From positions 20,477,849-20,541,848 of the forward strand of contig NC_068994.1 in NCBI RefSeq assembly GCF_001194135.2: DNA of 64,000 bases, read 5' to 3'. The stretch is from Octopus bimaculoides. Taxonomy: Eukaryota. Below are positions 13,332 through 26,019 of the stretch, piece by piece; positions within the stretch are counted from its first letter, which is position 1, and each line of letters begins with the position of its first letter. The translations under genes and the position numbers were made by a program. The notes under the pieces were generated by a model. It worked only from the letters and a program-made list of their open reading frames with translations, did no database searches and was not told where the DNA came from.

Positions 13332-13386
13332 CAACACATTGTAATTAATGTTTCCCGAATCGCTTGTGGACGACTATCGATGATAG
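13320..13386 (+). other. NFYA: Probable NFYA first exon (mainly 5' UTR; start approximate)
   Basis: Ends atgatag|gtcagt (donor at 13387); splicing to the acceptor before 30222 gives ATG ATA G|CT ATG, in frame with NFYA. Confidence 0.55.
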
Positions 13387-16300
13387 GTCAGTATTTTTGT
13401 TTATTTATTTGACGTTGTAAATCACTTTCTCTTCTTTGGGAGACTGAAAAAAAAATAATTAATTAAACTTAAAATTAATTGTTATTATTTTTTTATCCCT
13501 AGTTGCTAACAATTTTTTTAGTCTGTTTCTAAACGTAAACGCTTTAACACTTGAACGAGGCAAAGTTCTTCCATTTAAACAACTATGCATACATATATAC
13601 ATGCATGTATGTGTACATACATACACACACACACACACACATATCTACTTCGACGTTCAGCCATTGGCAGTTCTTGAACAACAAACTCCATTGTCCAATA
13701 GATTTCTTCTACAAGTCCGAACGGACACGTGCTAAATCTCTCTGTTCCCCTCCGTTGCTAGGTTTGTTTTGGAAATCAGAGTCGACCATTTCATAGTTCA
13801 AAACGATGTCGTTTTCATTTCTGACTTCGCTGTTGTTGATGCGATCGTGGAATTTAATAACAGCCATGTCACGTTTACTACTTCTTAATGGAGAAATATA
13901 CATAGAAAATAGAGATAAGCTAAAGGGAGAAATTTTTTTCTGAAAATTCTTTTCGAACGTCTTGACGTTGCTGTATTTATTGATATTTACACTTTATTAA
14001 ATTTACTGTTTAAAAGATCCAATCTTAACATTTTCCTCTCTATGTAAACCTGATCACAATATTTAACATACATATATATATATATATATAGTCTGTCTTC
14101 TAGGAAGCGGATGTTTAATGCATGTTTACATAAAAATAAATGCACATATCAAACATCTCCTTTAGTTTTAAGAAGATCGACGTGTATATATTTACTAATC
14201 TAAGTTGTTATTACTTCTCTCTCGGTATCTGTTAGATTGAAGAGCATCATCATAGTCCTGGTCATTATTATTATTCTTTACTTCCCTAACGTCCTTGGAA
14301 AAGCATGAACACCACATTGTTTCTATTTTAAAGATGTGAAGCCTTATACTATAAAAAAAGTTAGGCGAAGGATTTAATTATTCGCTTACTTTAAAACAAA
14401 ATCATCATCGTCTTTTCTTTTTTAATTTTGTGAATCGTTTTACGCGTATTAATTGTAATTGTACTATCTGCTAGATTTGGCAAAACCTTGTCTAATTTGT
14501 TTTCTGTTTCATGCGCACACATAATATTGCATTCGATATGTGGGTGTCATAAACTTCTTGCACCATTAAAATGACAGCACAAAAATGTGGGATTAAGGGT
14601 TGTGTGTGTGTGCTGATAAATATATATATAATGTAATGTGCGGGAGAGGGAAAGAGAGAAACATTGCTTAATATAAGCAGATAAGATCCCTGAACTTACT
14701 TTGGATCTAATAGAAGAACACTATTATATTAGGTTCCCCGTCTAAGTTTAGTTTCCGCCGAGGTTAGCTTTGCCTTTCATCCTTTCGGGGTCGATGTAAT
14801 CGACTACGCCCCGAGATCCAAATGATTAAACATCAGCTGTCTGGTTCCGTGTCTGATTTTAAAGAAATAAACCTGCAATATACCGGTGTTTTATAAGATG
14901 TACGTTGGTAATTGCAATGTTTTTTTTAGATAAAATGCTTGTTCGTTTCAGTTATTGAATCTATATGAACTGTTTGGTGCTATTAAAGCAATAACTATAC
15001 TCATATACAGTATGCACACATATAGGACATGCCCTTTTCCATCTCACAACTCCCTCATCCCTACCTTTCATCTCCACTATATCTAATGTTTTGCCCTGCA
15101 ATTACTCAGTTGCAACGTATAGACATTCACAACCACATGCACTTGTGGAAAAAAATAACGTGGCTGTGCAACGTAAACTTTCTGTGAGGTGAGAGAGGTA
15201 TGCACAGAGTTAACACAAATTTACATAGAATTTTCACAATAACTTCTGCTGAATTGTGGGATTTGGCAACTCAGGCTAAAAGTTTGATAATTTTACAGTT
15301 TTAAGTAATAATAAATTATCGTTAACACTATTGAATAAATCATTTTAACGTTCATGTTCCATGCTGGCAAGGGCTAGACTATTTGACAGGTCTAGTAGAT
15401 GTAAGGTCTGCATCATGTTCCAGTATCTACTGGCATGGTTTCTATGGCTGGGTGCCCTTCCTAATGCTAACCCTTTACAGTGTGTACTGGGTACTTTTTT
15501 TGCGAGTGTCACCAGTACTATCGTTATGCAGCTCGCAAATCTACAAAACTTGAAACTTAGCCAGGTTCTAAAGTTAGGGGTAGTGAGCACATATGAAAAA
15601 AAGTTGGGACGCATACCAAACAAGTATACGGGTACAGGCCATGTGTTGGTAGCCAGCTGGAAAATACGTTTTCCTGGGGCTAAAAAGTAGTAATATTGTC
15701 CTGTGTAGGACTGCCACATTGTGTTGGCAAATAGACTTTACTGTTCAGTACTGTCACTACATATTTCTCGCTCAGAGATTTAAAGCTAATTGTTTTTCTC
15801 TTTAATTTTTAACTTATTTCTCTTATATTATGCAAAATATCTCATTAGTTATATGTAATTTGCATTCTACATTCATTAATTATATGTTTCAGCTACAACA
15901 TCGTTATGTATGAAACTTACGACTACTGATATTGGTAACTAAAGAGTTTAAAAAATTGTTGAAATGGCACCAATTGTGAAAAATGTGCTTGCTCCCCTTT
16001 TAGATATGCCACTGAGGTGGGGTGAATCATATTAGATCGCAGTTAAGGTATGAGAGGAGAGGTTGGAGTAGGGGAGGTTAGTATTGTAAAGGAGCTACAG
16101 TGAAGATAAAATATTTTAAGCAACGGTAATTTTTTACAAACAATAAATAGCCCTCTGTTGACCCTCCCAATGGATAAATGATTAACAATCAATAATAGCT
16201 AAAAGTCAGAACCCAAGTAATGTTAAGAAATGAGGCGTTACTCGATTTAAACCTACAAGCTCATCAAAGATAACTTCCAAATAAAATGAGCAAAATGAAA

Positions 16301-17109
16301 AAAAAATTTTCTATTGCTTCTGTTTTCACCTGGATTGGTTTAAAACTTATCTAATGCACTATATTGAATGTGGGAAAGTAAGTAATTGCCACTTGAATCC
16401 ACTGAAGTGACATTTAGAAATAACACATTGAAAATATTTCAAATTCAACAAGGGAAAGATATTTTAAAAGAAAATACTTGGAATTGAATCAAGGGAAAGC
16501 TTCAATTCTTTCATTTATATAAAAAGGAAAATGCTTTACGCATTTCATGTCTCACTGATTATTGGTTTCAAATTTTGGCACAAGGCCAGCAATTTCAAAG
16601 AAGGAGTTAAGTCAGTTGAATCGACTCCAGTACTCAACTAGTACTTATTTTATCACTCCGAAAGGTTATGTTGACCTTGGCAAAATTTGAACTCAGAACA
16701 TAAAGACAGACAAAATGCAACTGAGCATTTTTGCCCAGCTTGCTAATGGTTCTGCCAGCTCGCTGCCTTATATCATGTTGATTATTGGACTAGCATAAGC
16801 AGGTGAAACAAAACTACCGAAACCGTAAAACTCTTTGTAAAAGATTTGTTAGATAGAAAAAATATTGATACTTTTCTTCTTTCAAAATATATTCATAAAA
16901 TCGCAAACTTCTGTGAATAATGAGCTCAACATTCACATTTTCAATGAATGAGCCAACAGGCATTCCTGATTTAGCTGTTTGCTTGTGTTTGTACATTACA
17001 TTAATGAAGATAGCATTCATGAAGACTTAATTTGTTAGTTTTTTTGGAGATTAACGCTACAAGCAAAACAATATGTAATTCATTTTGTAGGAAGCAATTG
17101 AGTTGTGTG

Positions 17110-17700
17110 GAAACTTTATTTAAGTATTTACACTGATGAAGCTGCAGATATGCTGTGAATGGTCAAAGCATCCACTCCTATCTTAATTATCAAGCACTAA
17201 TATTGCAAAACTCCATATCAAGTATTAGGTGCAAACACTTGTAAAACTAGTCCATTTTATTAAATCAACACCACTAAATGCAAAACTCTTTTATTTTTAT
17301 TGTGCAAATTTGGGAAGTCTCCATGCAATTTTATTTCTAAGCACTGTAGTATGTTGGTTATCAAGTGGTAAGGTAGTGGTGCAGTTTTTCAAATTGCATG
17401 TAGATATTAGGTTATTTCTAACAATGTTCTTTTGAACTTTCAGCCTAATTAAAATATCAGAGTTTGTTGCAGAAACATGGTATATCATATATTCGCTTAC
17501 TTGAATGAAGTTAATTTTGTAATGCAGGGTACCAATATAACATGCCTCAAAGTTCAAACTAAAATGAATACACCTAAGTGTAAACTAAAACTCTGGGATG
17601 ACTATGTAGCTAAGAATGATGCCAAATGTTTTGAAGATCTTGACCCTTTAGCATTCAGAATTCTCTGTCAAATGTCATGCTTATTTGTAAACATTGTTTT
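17110..17700 (+). mobile_element. hAT (Buster/Charlie-like) transposase relic
   Basis: VKLVHFIKSTPLNAKLF...TVVCWLSSGKVV.QFFKL...IRLFL, then LNEVNFVMQG...KCKLKLW, matching the Buster/ZBED8-type catalytic region. Confidence 0.85.
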
Positions 17701-17749
17701 GAATTCAATCATGCATTATTGCATAGCTTCAATATCTTGATGATGTACT

Positions 17750-17960
17750 CTTTTACTTGTTTCAGTCTTTTGACTGTGACCATGCTGGAGCACCGCCTTT
17801 AGTCAAGCAAATTGACCCCAGGACTTATTCTTTGTGAGCCTAGTACTTATTCTATCCGTCTCTTTTTGCCAAACTGCTAAGTTACGTGGACGTAAACACA
17901 CCGGCATCGGTTGTCAAGCGATGTTGGGGGGACAAACATATACACACACACATACATACA
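17750..17960 (-). repeat. tRNA/CORE-type SINE 3' part (abundant family; other copies near 31780-32020, 41285-41371, 41660-41829, 45610-45990, 47830-48030)
   Basis: Recurrent ccatgctggagcaccgccttt...gaccccaggacttattct...gctaagttac motif; full-length plus-strand copy at 55515-55905. Confidence 0.8.
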
Positions 17961-17961
17961 T

Positions 17962-20900
17962 ATCATCATCATCATCATCATCATCATTTAACATCCGCTT
18001 TCCATGCTAGCATGGGTTGGACGATTTGAGTGGGGACTGGCAAACCAGATGGCTACACCAGACTCTAATCTGATCTGGCATCCAATGAAGGAAGGTTGGC
18101 ATGGGTGCCAATCAACGAATTTGGTTTAATTTTCGATTTCAATTGCCTCAACAGGGCTTCACAAGCAGGGTTTTGTGTCCAAAGAAGGAAAGGTACGCGT
18201 AAGTGGGCTTGCTATACCCCTGGTAAAGGCCACAGATTTTGGTTTCACTTGTCTTGTCAGGTCTTTTCACGCACAGCATATTTCCAAAGGTGTCCATCGC
18301 AAGTCATTGCCACGGTGAGGCCTAATGTTCGGAGGTCGTGCTTCACCACCTCATCCCAGGTCTTCCTGGGTCTACCTCTTCCACAGATACCCTCAACCGC
18401 AAGGCTGCGGCACTTTTTCACTATCCTCATCCATTGTCACCAAATGACCATACCAGTGAAATCGTATCTCTTGCACACCACAACTGATGCTTCTAAGGTC
18501 CAACTTTTCTCTCAAGGTACTTAGTCTGTTGAGTATGCACACTGACATTACACATCCATCGGAGCATACTGGTTTCATTCCTTGCAAACTTATGTATGTC
18601 CTCAGCAGTCACGGCCCATGTTTCACTGCCATGTAGCATGGCTGTTTGTACACGTGCATCATACAGTCTGCCTTTTACCCTGAGCGAGAGGCCCTTTGTC
18701 GCCAGCAGAGGTAAGAGCTCTCTGAACTTTGCCCAGGCTATTCTTATTCTAACAGCTACACTTTCAGTGCACCCTCCCTCACTACTGACTTGGTCACCTA
18801 GGTAACAGAAGCTATCAACTACTTCTAGTTTTTCCCTGGAATGTGGCAGAAGTTGTTCTTTACACATTTTCAGTGTTCATTGCTCCTGAGCGTCTACCAC
18901 ATACAAAAACTATCTTGCTAGTTAGCCTTCCTTTGATATTGCTGCACCTTTTATGTGTCCATAGCTTACACTTGGTACATCTTATAGAGCTTCTACCTAC
19001 ACCTTTTCTACAGATCAAGCAGGGCCATCTACCTGAAGGGGTTTATGTTTTCTCTACCTTTCAACTTATTAGGACTTTGGTTTTAACTAGGTTGACTCTA
19101 AGGCCCTTCGATTCTAATCCTTGCTTCCACACCTGAAACTTCTCCTCTAGTTCTGATAGTGACTCAGCAATTAGAGCAAGGTCTCAGCAATTAGAGCAAG
19201 GTCATCAGCATAGAGGAGCTCCCAGGGGCAACCTGTCTTGAATTCCTGTGTTATTGCCTGGAGGACTATGATAAATAGGAGGGGGCTGAGGACTGAACCT
19301 TGGTGAACCTCTACCCGGAATTCTTCACTGTACTCGTTGCCAACCCTCACCTTACTGACAGCGTCCCTGTACATGGCTTGCACAGCTCTCACTAACCATT
19401 CATCTATCCCTNNNNNNNNNNNNNNNNNNNNNNNNNNNNNNNNNNNNNNNNNNNNNNNNNNNNNNNNNNNNNNNNNNNNNNNNNNNNNNNNAGCCAGGTA
19501 CAGAGGTTTATTTTTGGCTAGGTATTTCTCCTGCAGCTGTCTTACTAGAAATATAGCATCAGCGGTGCTTTTCCCTGGCACGGATTCAAACTGCATCTCA
19601 TCTAAGCTTACTCTCTCCCTAATTAGTTAGGCTATGACCCTCGCTATGACCTTTATTACCTGGTCCAACAACTTGATACCTCTGTAATTGTTTGTGTCTA
19701 AAGCGTCACCTTTACCTTTGTGGCAGTTGACTATGGTGCTGCTACACCAGTCATTGGGTATGACTCCTTCATGTATCACCTGGTTAACTATACAGGTGAC
19801 TAGGCTATAGCCGACACTGTGATTCCTGATGGGTCAGGGGCTTTCCCTGTCTTCATACTCTTGATCGCTTTATCTACCAAGGTATTGTCAATTACAATAG
19901 CTGGTCCCTCTGTTGGGTCGACATTCGGCAGACTCTCTTTCTCCCATTCATTCTCTTTATTAAGCAACCTTTCATAGTGGTGTCTCCAAACCTTTCTCTT
20001 TGCAGCCTCGTTTAGTGCAAGTGAGCCATCATCCATGTGGACACATTTCTCTCTTACGACATCACGATTCTCTCTCACACATTGTCTTGCAACACAAAAT
20101 ACTTCAAGTCTTTGGTCCTCACGGTGCAGATAATTGGCAAATGTTTTCCCCTCTGGCTAAATAAGCCTGTCTCCTAGCTTCCCTTCTGGCAGTCTGATAC
20201 AATTCCCTGCTACCTCTGTTCTTCCAAGCCTGTTTCTTTTGTCTAATAGCCCTGTCAACCACATTGTTCCACCACCATGTTACTTTGGGTCGAGAGGGGA
20301 CTTTGCACCATCCACAGATCTGCAGCAGGTTGTCCTGTAGAAACCTGCAATTGTCTTCCACATTATGTGATATTATATCCCCTTCTATTTCATCGAAGGC
20401 TTTGAGTAACACGTCTCTAAATCTCTGTCCATTTTCAGGATCTTTAAGCTTCCCGACCCTCCTACTTCTGGGCATCCATTTAGCCCTGATCCCGAAGTCG
20501 CTAACTACTAATCTGTGTTGAGGGGTACATTCTTCGCCTGGGAAGGTTTTGGCATTTATAAGCAGTCCTCTTCTCCTTTTTCTGGCGAGTGTGTCTGCTG
20601 GAACGGTAGGTGACAGGCAAGTTTCCTGAAGTTGGTATTGCAAACCATAAGATCATTTGCATCACAGAACTCCAGCAGTCTGGTTCCCTCCTCATTGCGG
20701 GAACCGAAGCCATAGCCTCCATGAATGCCATGGAAGCCCCCTGCATGTTGTCCAACATGTCCATTGAAATCACCAGCCACAAAGAGAAGGTCCCTGTCAT
20801 TCATCAATGAGGTAGTCTGCAAAAGGGTGTCATAAAATTGGTCTTTCTGCCCATCAGGTAGCCCCGGTTGAGGGGCATAGGCCGAGATAACGGTAGCTAA

Positions 20901-21290
20901 CCTGTGGTGAAGCACTAATCTAATCTTAAGTACTCTGTCACATACTCTGACTACCTCGATTTCCTTATCAACCCATTTCTCCGCAAAAAGTAAACTCCCG
21001 ACCCCATCAGTGTTCCCTGCCCAGAAAATCTTGTATCTGTGTTCTTTGCCTGTGAGGAACCTAGCAGAACCTCCTCTCCACCTTACTTCTTGGATGCAGC
21101 ACAAATCTGCACGTCTCTGTTCAAGCATCTCAACAATCTCACAAGACCTACCTTTCAGTGTGCCAACTCTGAGGGTGTGGGGGTGTGGGCTGTGAGACCC
21201 TGGGATGAGGGACAGTAGTGTCATGTACCTGAAAAGAAAGCTTGCATTTGGCAGAATTCATAAACAAACAATAGCCTACAACCTGCATAC
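17962..21290 (-). mobile_element. Near-full-length but inactivated RTE-clade LINE (APE endonuclease + RT + 3' UTR with (GAT)n tail)
   Basis: APE motifs CCIQEVRW, SAYAPQ and GDFNGHVG (20556-21224); RT motifs GKSTADAIFLVRQLQEK, HQGSVLSPLLF and LLYADDL (19171-19596); (CAT)n tail on plus strand at 17963-17986; multiple frameshifts. Confidence 0.95.
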
Positions 21291-21507
21291 ACTACACCAT
21301 TTTTTTTATGCGCTATATGATCGATAAACCCTGGGTTGGGGTGTGGATGGCATTAGGCCCTTAGAAGTGTTCACGGGAGACAACCAAAGATGACAGAGGA
21401 TAGGAACTTCCGGTAAAGGTGGGAGGGCGGGCGTACTGCGAGCCAGCAAGTTTACTATGGTAGACAAATTTAGAGAGAATGAATTAAAGAAATAATAATC
21501 TTCATCA

Positions 21508-21621
21508 GCAATTATGATGAAATTCGAATCATAGCTATTCCAGTTCATTAGAGAAAATATAAAAGAAAAGTCTAATTCTTCAGTTCCGTGTGACACAGGC
21601 AACGCCGGGTTTCTCTGCTAG
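21508..21621 (+). mobile_element. Helitron-like 3' terminus
   Basis: Ends GGCAACGCCGGGT-ttctctg-CTAG|T (short hairpin then CTAG); about 110 bp shared with 29601-29714. Confidence 0.65.
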
Positions 21622-24600
21622 TATTTACTATAATCTTTATCATGTGGGTTCTTTAACAGTTCTTGAATCACTTTCAATGTCTTTGTTAAAACAAGTCCAA
21701 ATGTAATGAGCCAATATAAATTATCTTGTAGAATTGGTGTTTGAGTGTGACAAACAATTGCATACATTGGAAGCATAATGACAGTGCCTTTCAGACACAA
21801 AATGACATTTGTGACTGGTAAAGACAGCATACCAAATATATCTAGCTGATGATGAAACTGGCACTTGCTGGAATGTCAAACAATGTGATGAATTTTGTAA
21901 GTTGGGAGAGCTCAGCTTTTCATTCTTGTGATTAGCTTGCAGTAGAAATAATGTGATTACATGATTTCATTTGTGGTGACATTATTTAACCTCTTGAAAT
22001 ATCTGGTGTCAGTTGTATACCCTAGAAGATATAGCTGAGATGACAAATCTCTCTCGGCACACAGTACTCAGGTTCTGATTTCAAGGCATAAATTAGAGCA
22101 ATGGTTCCCAATTTTTTTCAGGCTGCCACCCTTTTGGCACCCAGGCCACATTCCTAGTAACCTCCATCTTCATCACCACAATCATAAACTACTTTATGCA
22201 GTAAATTCAAAGCAATCGTATTTCACAACTAAAACTTAACGTAATTAACCCATTATTTTGAAGATTGTAGTCAGAAGTGTATTTTGAGAAAAGATAGAAT
22301 GGATGGTGGTGTGCACGAGAAGACAAGAGAAGTTGCTGAGAATAGGATCTAAGAAATGTGTGGTGTATGATGGGGGGGGGGGGATGTAAATGGAAACCTG
22401 GGAAAATGAAGTGGTAGAAACAGCAGCTGAGGAAAATGACAACATGGGAAAAATGGGTTTCAGAAGAGAGAAGTTGAGAGAGATGTAAGGATGGTTGGAG
22501 GCAGTTAGGGAGATGGGAGTGAGGAATTAAGGTGAAACTGTCAGCCGCAAAAGAAGAATAGGAGATTAGGTATATTGAGGTGAAGTAAGAAAGAAGAGAC
22601 AAAGAAAAAGAAGAGTTGTAAGAGAGAAGAGGGTAGAAAAAGAGTAAGGAGAATTGTAGCTTATAGGAAAGAAACTGGATGACCATGTGAGTGAATGACA
22701 AATACGAGGTGGTACCCAAAAGAAACCAGAATTTTGCAATATTTTATTCACTTAGTTTTACTTGTTTTTACTTTTATCAGTTGCCTACTCTTTGATTTCT
22801 TTGCTCACACAAATGTCACACACCCCTCCACTTCATCCTACATAAAGGCACCTGAACCTTCCACTACCCTCATCTTGCTTTTGCCTACTCTTCTCACCCT
22901 CAAACAACCCTCCCACACCTCCATACTTGTTCACCAACTCCCCCTAATGCTACCTACTCATCGCACTACCATTCCTTCCTACTGACCCGCTTAAAAAACC
23001 TCTCTACCTCATCACACAGCTACACACTGTTGTCACTTTACCCCCTGTCCTTCCTCGCCTGAGAGTTCAATACTCTCTCTTTAGTAGACATCTACATTTT
23101 GTATCTTTCACTCCCTCCAAGGACAAGTTCAAATCTAAGCTCATTTCAATTGGTTCCTGAGCCACACTAACCTGTGCACTTTTTTGCATGGCATGCCAAC
23201 AGTAATAAACAACCAGGATTGTTCTTAGGCTGTTGAGTTCAGCACCCAGGACTTGTTTGTCACACTTGCTACTACACAGTGAACTGCTTTGGCTTTTGAA
23301 AGCATTTCTTACAACTTAATTTCACTAGAGCCTAGCTCTCCATCCTCTGCAACATGCAATGCCAAGATGATATTGTCATCAAACCAACTACTGGGATTGG
23401 ATCCATGTTTGTGTGGCATATTTACCTCTACAACACCAAGACATCACCTCAATTTTGCAACCCTGCTTTCTAGTATCTTCTTTCCACTAATCTCACACCT
23501 AACTACCAACAACTCATGTCCTTCACCATCTACCAGCTCATCTCCTCCTCTATACTTCCACTAACCTCTGTCTGTACTCTGCTCCATGTCTCTCCTATCT
23601 ATTTCTTCAAAATCAACAAATCTAGCAACTCTGGTCATCCTATTGTCTTTCTTTGCAATTGTTCCTCCAAACTAGTTTTGAAATACTTCAAAACTCATTT
23701 TCACACTCCTGATGGATTCCCTCCCCACATCTATATGAACAACATTCTCCAACCTTTCCCTGCTGTCCCTTCTTAACTCCAATTTGCTATGAACATTAAG
23801 TCCCTTTACACTGTCCTCCCTCACAATAATGGTCTCCTCATTTTTTAGTTCTTCCTTAACCATCATACAGCTCTCTGTCTCATTTCCCCTACCTTTCTCT
23901 ACTTGACTAAATTTGTCCTCACCATCAACTGTTTCTCTTTCACAGCATAGTTTTAACAACTGGTTTCTAAAGTGGCTATAGGTGTCCGTTACACACATCT
24001 GGTCCTTAGCTTCTACACCAACCCTGGACCCACTTCATCCCTCTTATAATCATGACTCTACTTCAACACTTACCCATTCCTCATCAATACCAGCATTCTC
24101 ACCAATGTTTTTACATTAACTGCTTCAACTGCCTCTCTAAAAATCTTACCTGTTGCCTGAAATGCTCCTTCTGTAACACTATAGAGTGGACAGACCGATC
24201 AGCATTTACCTGACTGTTTCATAGAACACTTCTGAAGCATCCAAATCAGGAATCAGTCCCATGTCTTATGCCAATTCCATCATGTGGATCACTTTACTTG
24301 GCATCTCTCCATATTAACTTTTGCCCTGCATACAAGATCATTGAATTCTCATCTCTGTAAAGATTTCATCTTTTCCCTTCAAACTTTTGTTCTCCCGCCA
24401 TGGTCTTAATTTCCAATTCCTTCCTTAACATTCCTTATCACCAAACTCATATAACACATATGAATGCAAATTATGCATTCAGAGCAACAACACAAATACA
24501 GAAAATAAAAACTCTACAAACACTTGAGTAAAATGCCATTCTGAATCCCCTCAGACACAAACACAATACAGATATATACACACACATTAAAAAAAAAAGA

Positions 24601-24687
24601 AGCAATATACACACATTAAAAAAATAAACACACATCTGACCCTCAAAACAGATAATAAACATACACAACACTAAAACTAATGCACAT

Positions 24688-24906
24688 TTAAGCCTTTTCG
24701 ATATCAACCTACCTGAAACCACCTCAGGTTCTATAACATAAACTTACTGTTTTAAATTATAATCTGCCATCAGAATTTTATACTAATTTGTTCTAGACCC
24801 CAGCTTAATAATAAGAAAGTTGTTTTATTTAATTCTTCATTATTTTAAAAATTAATTGAAACAAAGGCAGCATACATTAACAGAAATATGGTAACAAAAG
24901 GATTAA
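24688..24906. mobile_element. Complete piggyBac-like MITE (about 211 bp) flanked by TTAA
   Basis: TTAA 24688-24691 + gccttttcgatatc... and ...ggtaacaaaagga + TTAA 24903-24906; related copies at 5665 and 31052. Confidence 0.7.
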
Positions 24907-25790
24907 TGCTTACAAGCACTTAAGTTCCATAGTGTCATTGTATCTTTCCAACCATAATTTTAGCTGCTATCTGAATTCCATATCTCTACCACTCATGGAC
25001 AAATTTGTAAAATCAATGAGTAACATAGCACCCATAACTTTCAGAAACATTTTTTCATGCTCAGAAATGTAAAAGCATGGAATAAACTTCCCACATTGGT
25101 TATTAGCTGTCAGGATATTATATCCTTTAAAAATTCCATGCTTCCCAAAATTTGTCAACATTACTCCTTGATACACCTGGGTAGCCTTTCCTCTTTATGG
25201 CTCTTTTACTATTCACTTTTCTGTCTTGTATTTTAATCCTGTGTACTTGGCATATACTTTTGGCTGTCATTACTGCTTCTCTTTACTTATTGTTGCTTTC
25301 TGTCCATTCTTTTATACTTTTCTGATGAGTTGTGCATCTGAGCACTGTATACAGACAGTAAACTTGTTATTTGGGATCAATGAAATATGTACAAGTTCAG
25401 TACTAGGGTTGATGCAATCAACCAGCCTCCACCACCACTTCCCACAAAATTTCAGGTCTTGTACCTGTAATAAAAATGTATGTAATACATACATATATAC
25501 ATACATACATGCATATATATATCTGCACAAATGTATCCATATACATGTATATATAGATATATAGCGTGGCTGTTGCCAGTACCGCCTGACTGGCCTTCGT
25601 GCCGGTGGCACGTAAAAGCACCCACTACACTCTCTGAGTGGTTGGCGTTAGGAAGGGCATCCAGCTGTAGAAACTCTGCCAAATCAGATTGGAGCCTGGT
25701 GTAGCCATCTGGTTTCACCAGTCCTCAGTCAAATCATCCAACCCATGCTAGCATGGAAAGCGGATGTTAAACGATGATGATGATGATACA

Positions 25791-25823
<33 letters not shown>

Positions 25824-26019
25824 NNNNNNNNNNNNNNNNNNNNNNNNNNNNNNNNNNNNNNNNNNNNNNNNNNNNNNNNNNNNNNNNNNNNNNNNNNNNN
25901 NNNNNNNNNNNNNNNNNNNNNAGAGAGAGAGAGAGAGAGAGAGAGATGTATATGTATACATGTATACAAATTTTAGAAGTAATACTTGATAATTGTAAGC
26001 ACCTGTATATGTCAGATAG

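Noticed and set aside
13709-13903. Minus-strand 64-aa ORF in the NFYA promoter-proximal region
   Set aside because: No homology recognised; explained by locally higher GC in a promoter region.
21545-21590. Minus-strand CTGAAGA + 6-bp stem + GAAC hammerhead-like pattern in the Helitron end
   Set aside because: A15.1 is missing, stems I and III are unconvincing, and the second copy (29.6 kb) breaks both the core and the stem.
22280-24450. Purine-rich then pyrimidine-rich tract with several 60-170 aa ORFs
   Set aside because: Low-complexity ORFs; only faint RTE-like similarity on the minus strand, too degraded to annotate.
25322-25375. CTGATGAG followed by a weak stem, possibly a decayed PLE hammerhead
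   Set aside because: No GAAA and no stem I partner; cannot be supported.
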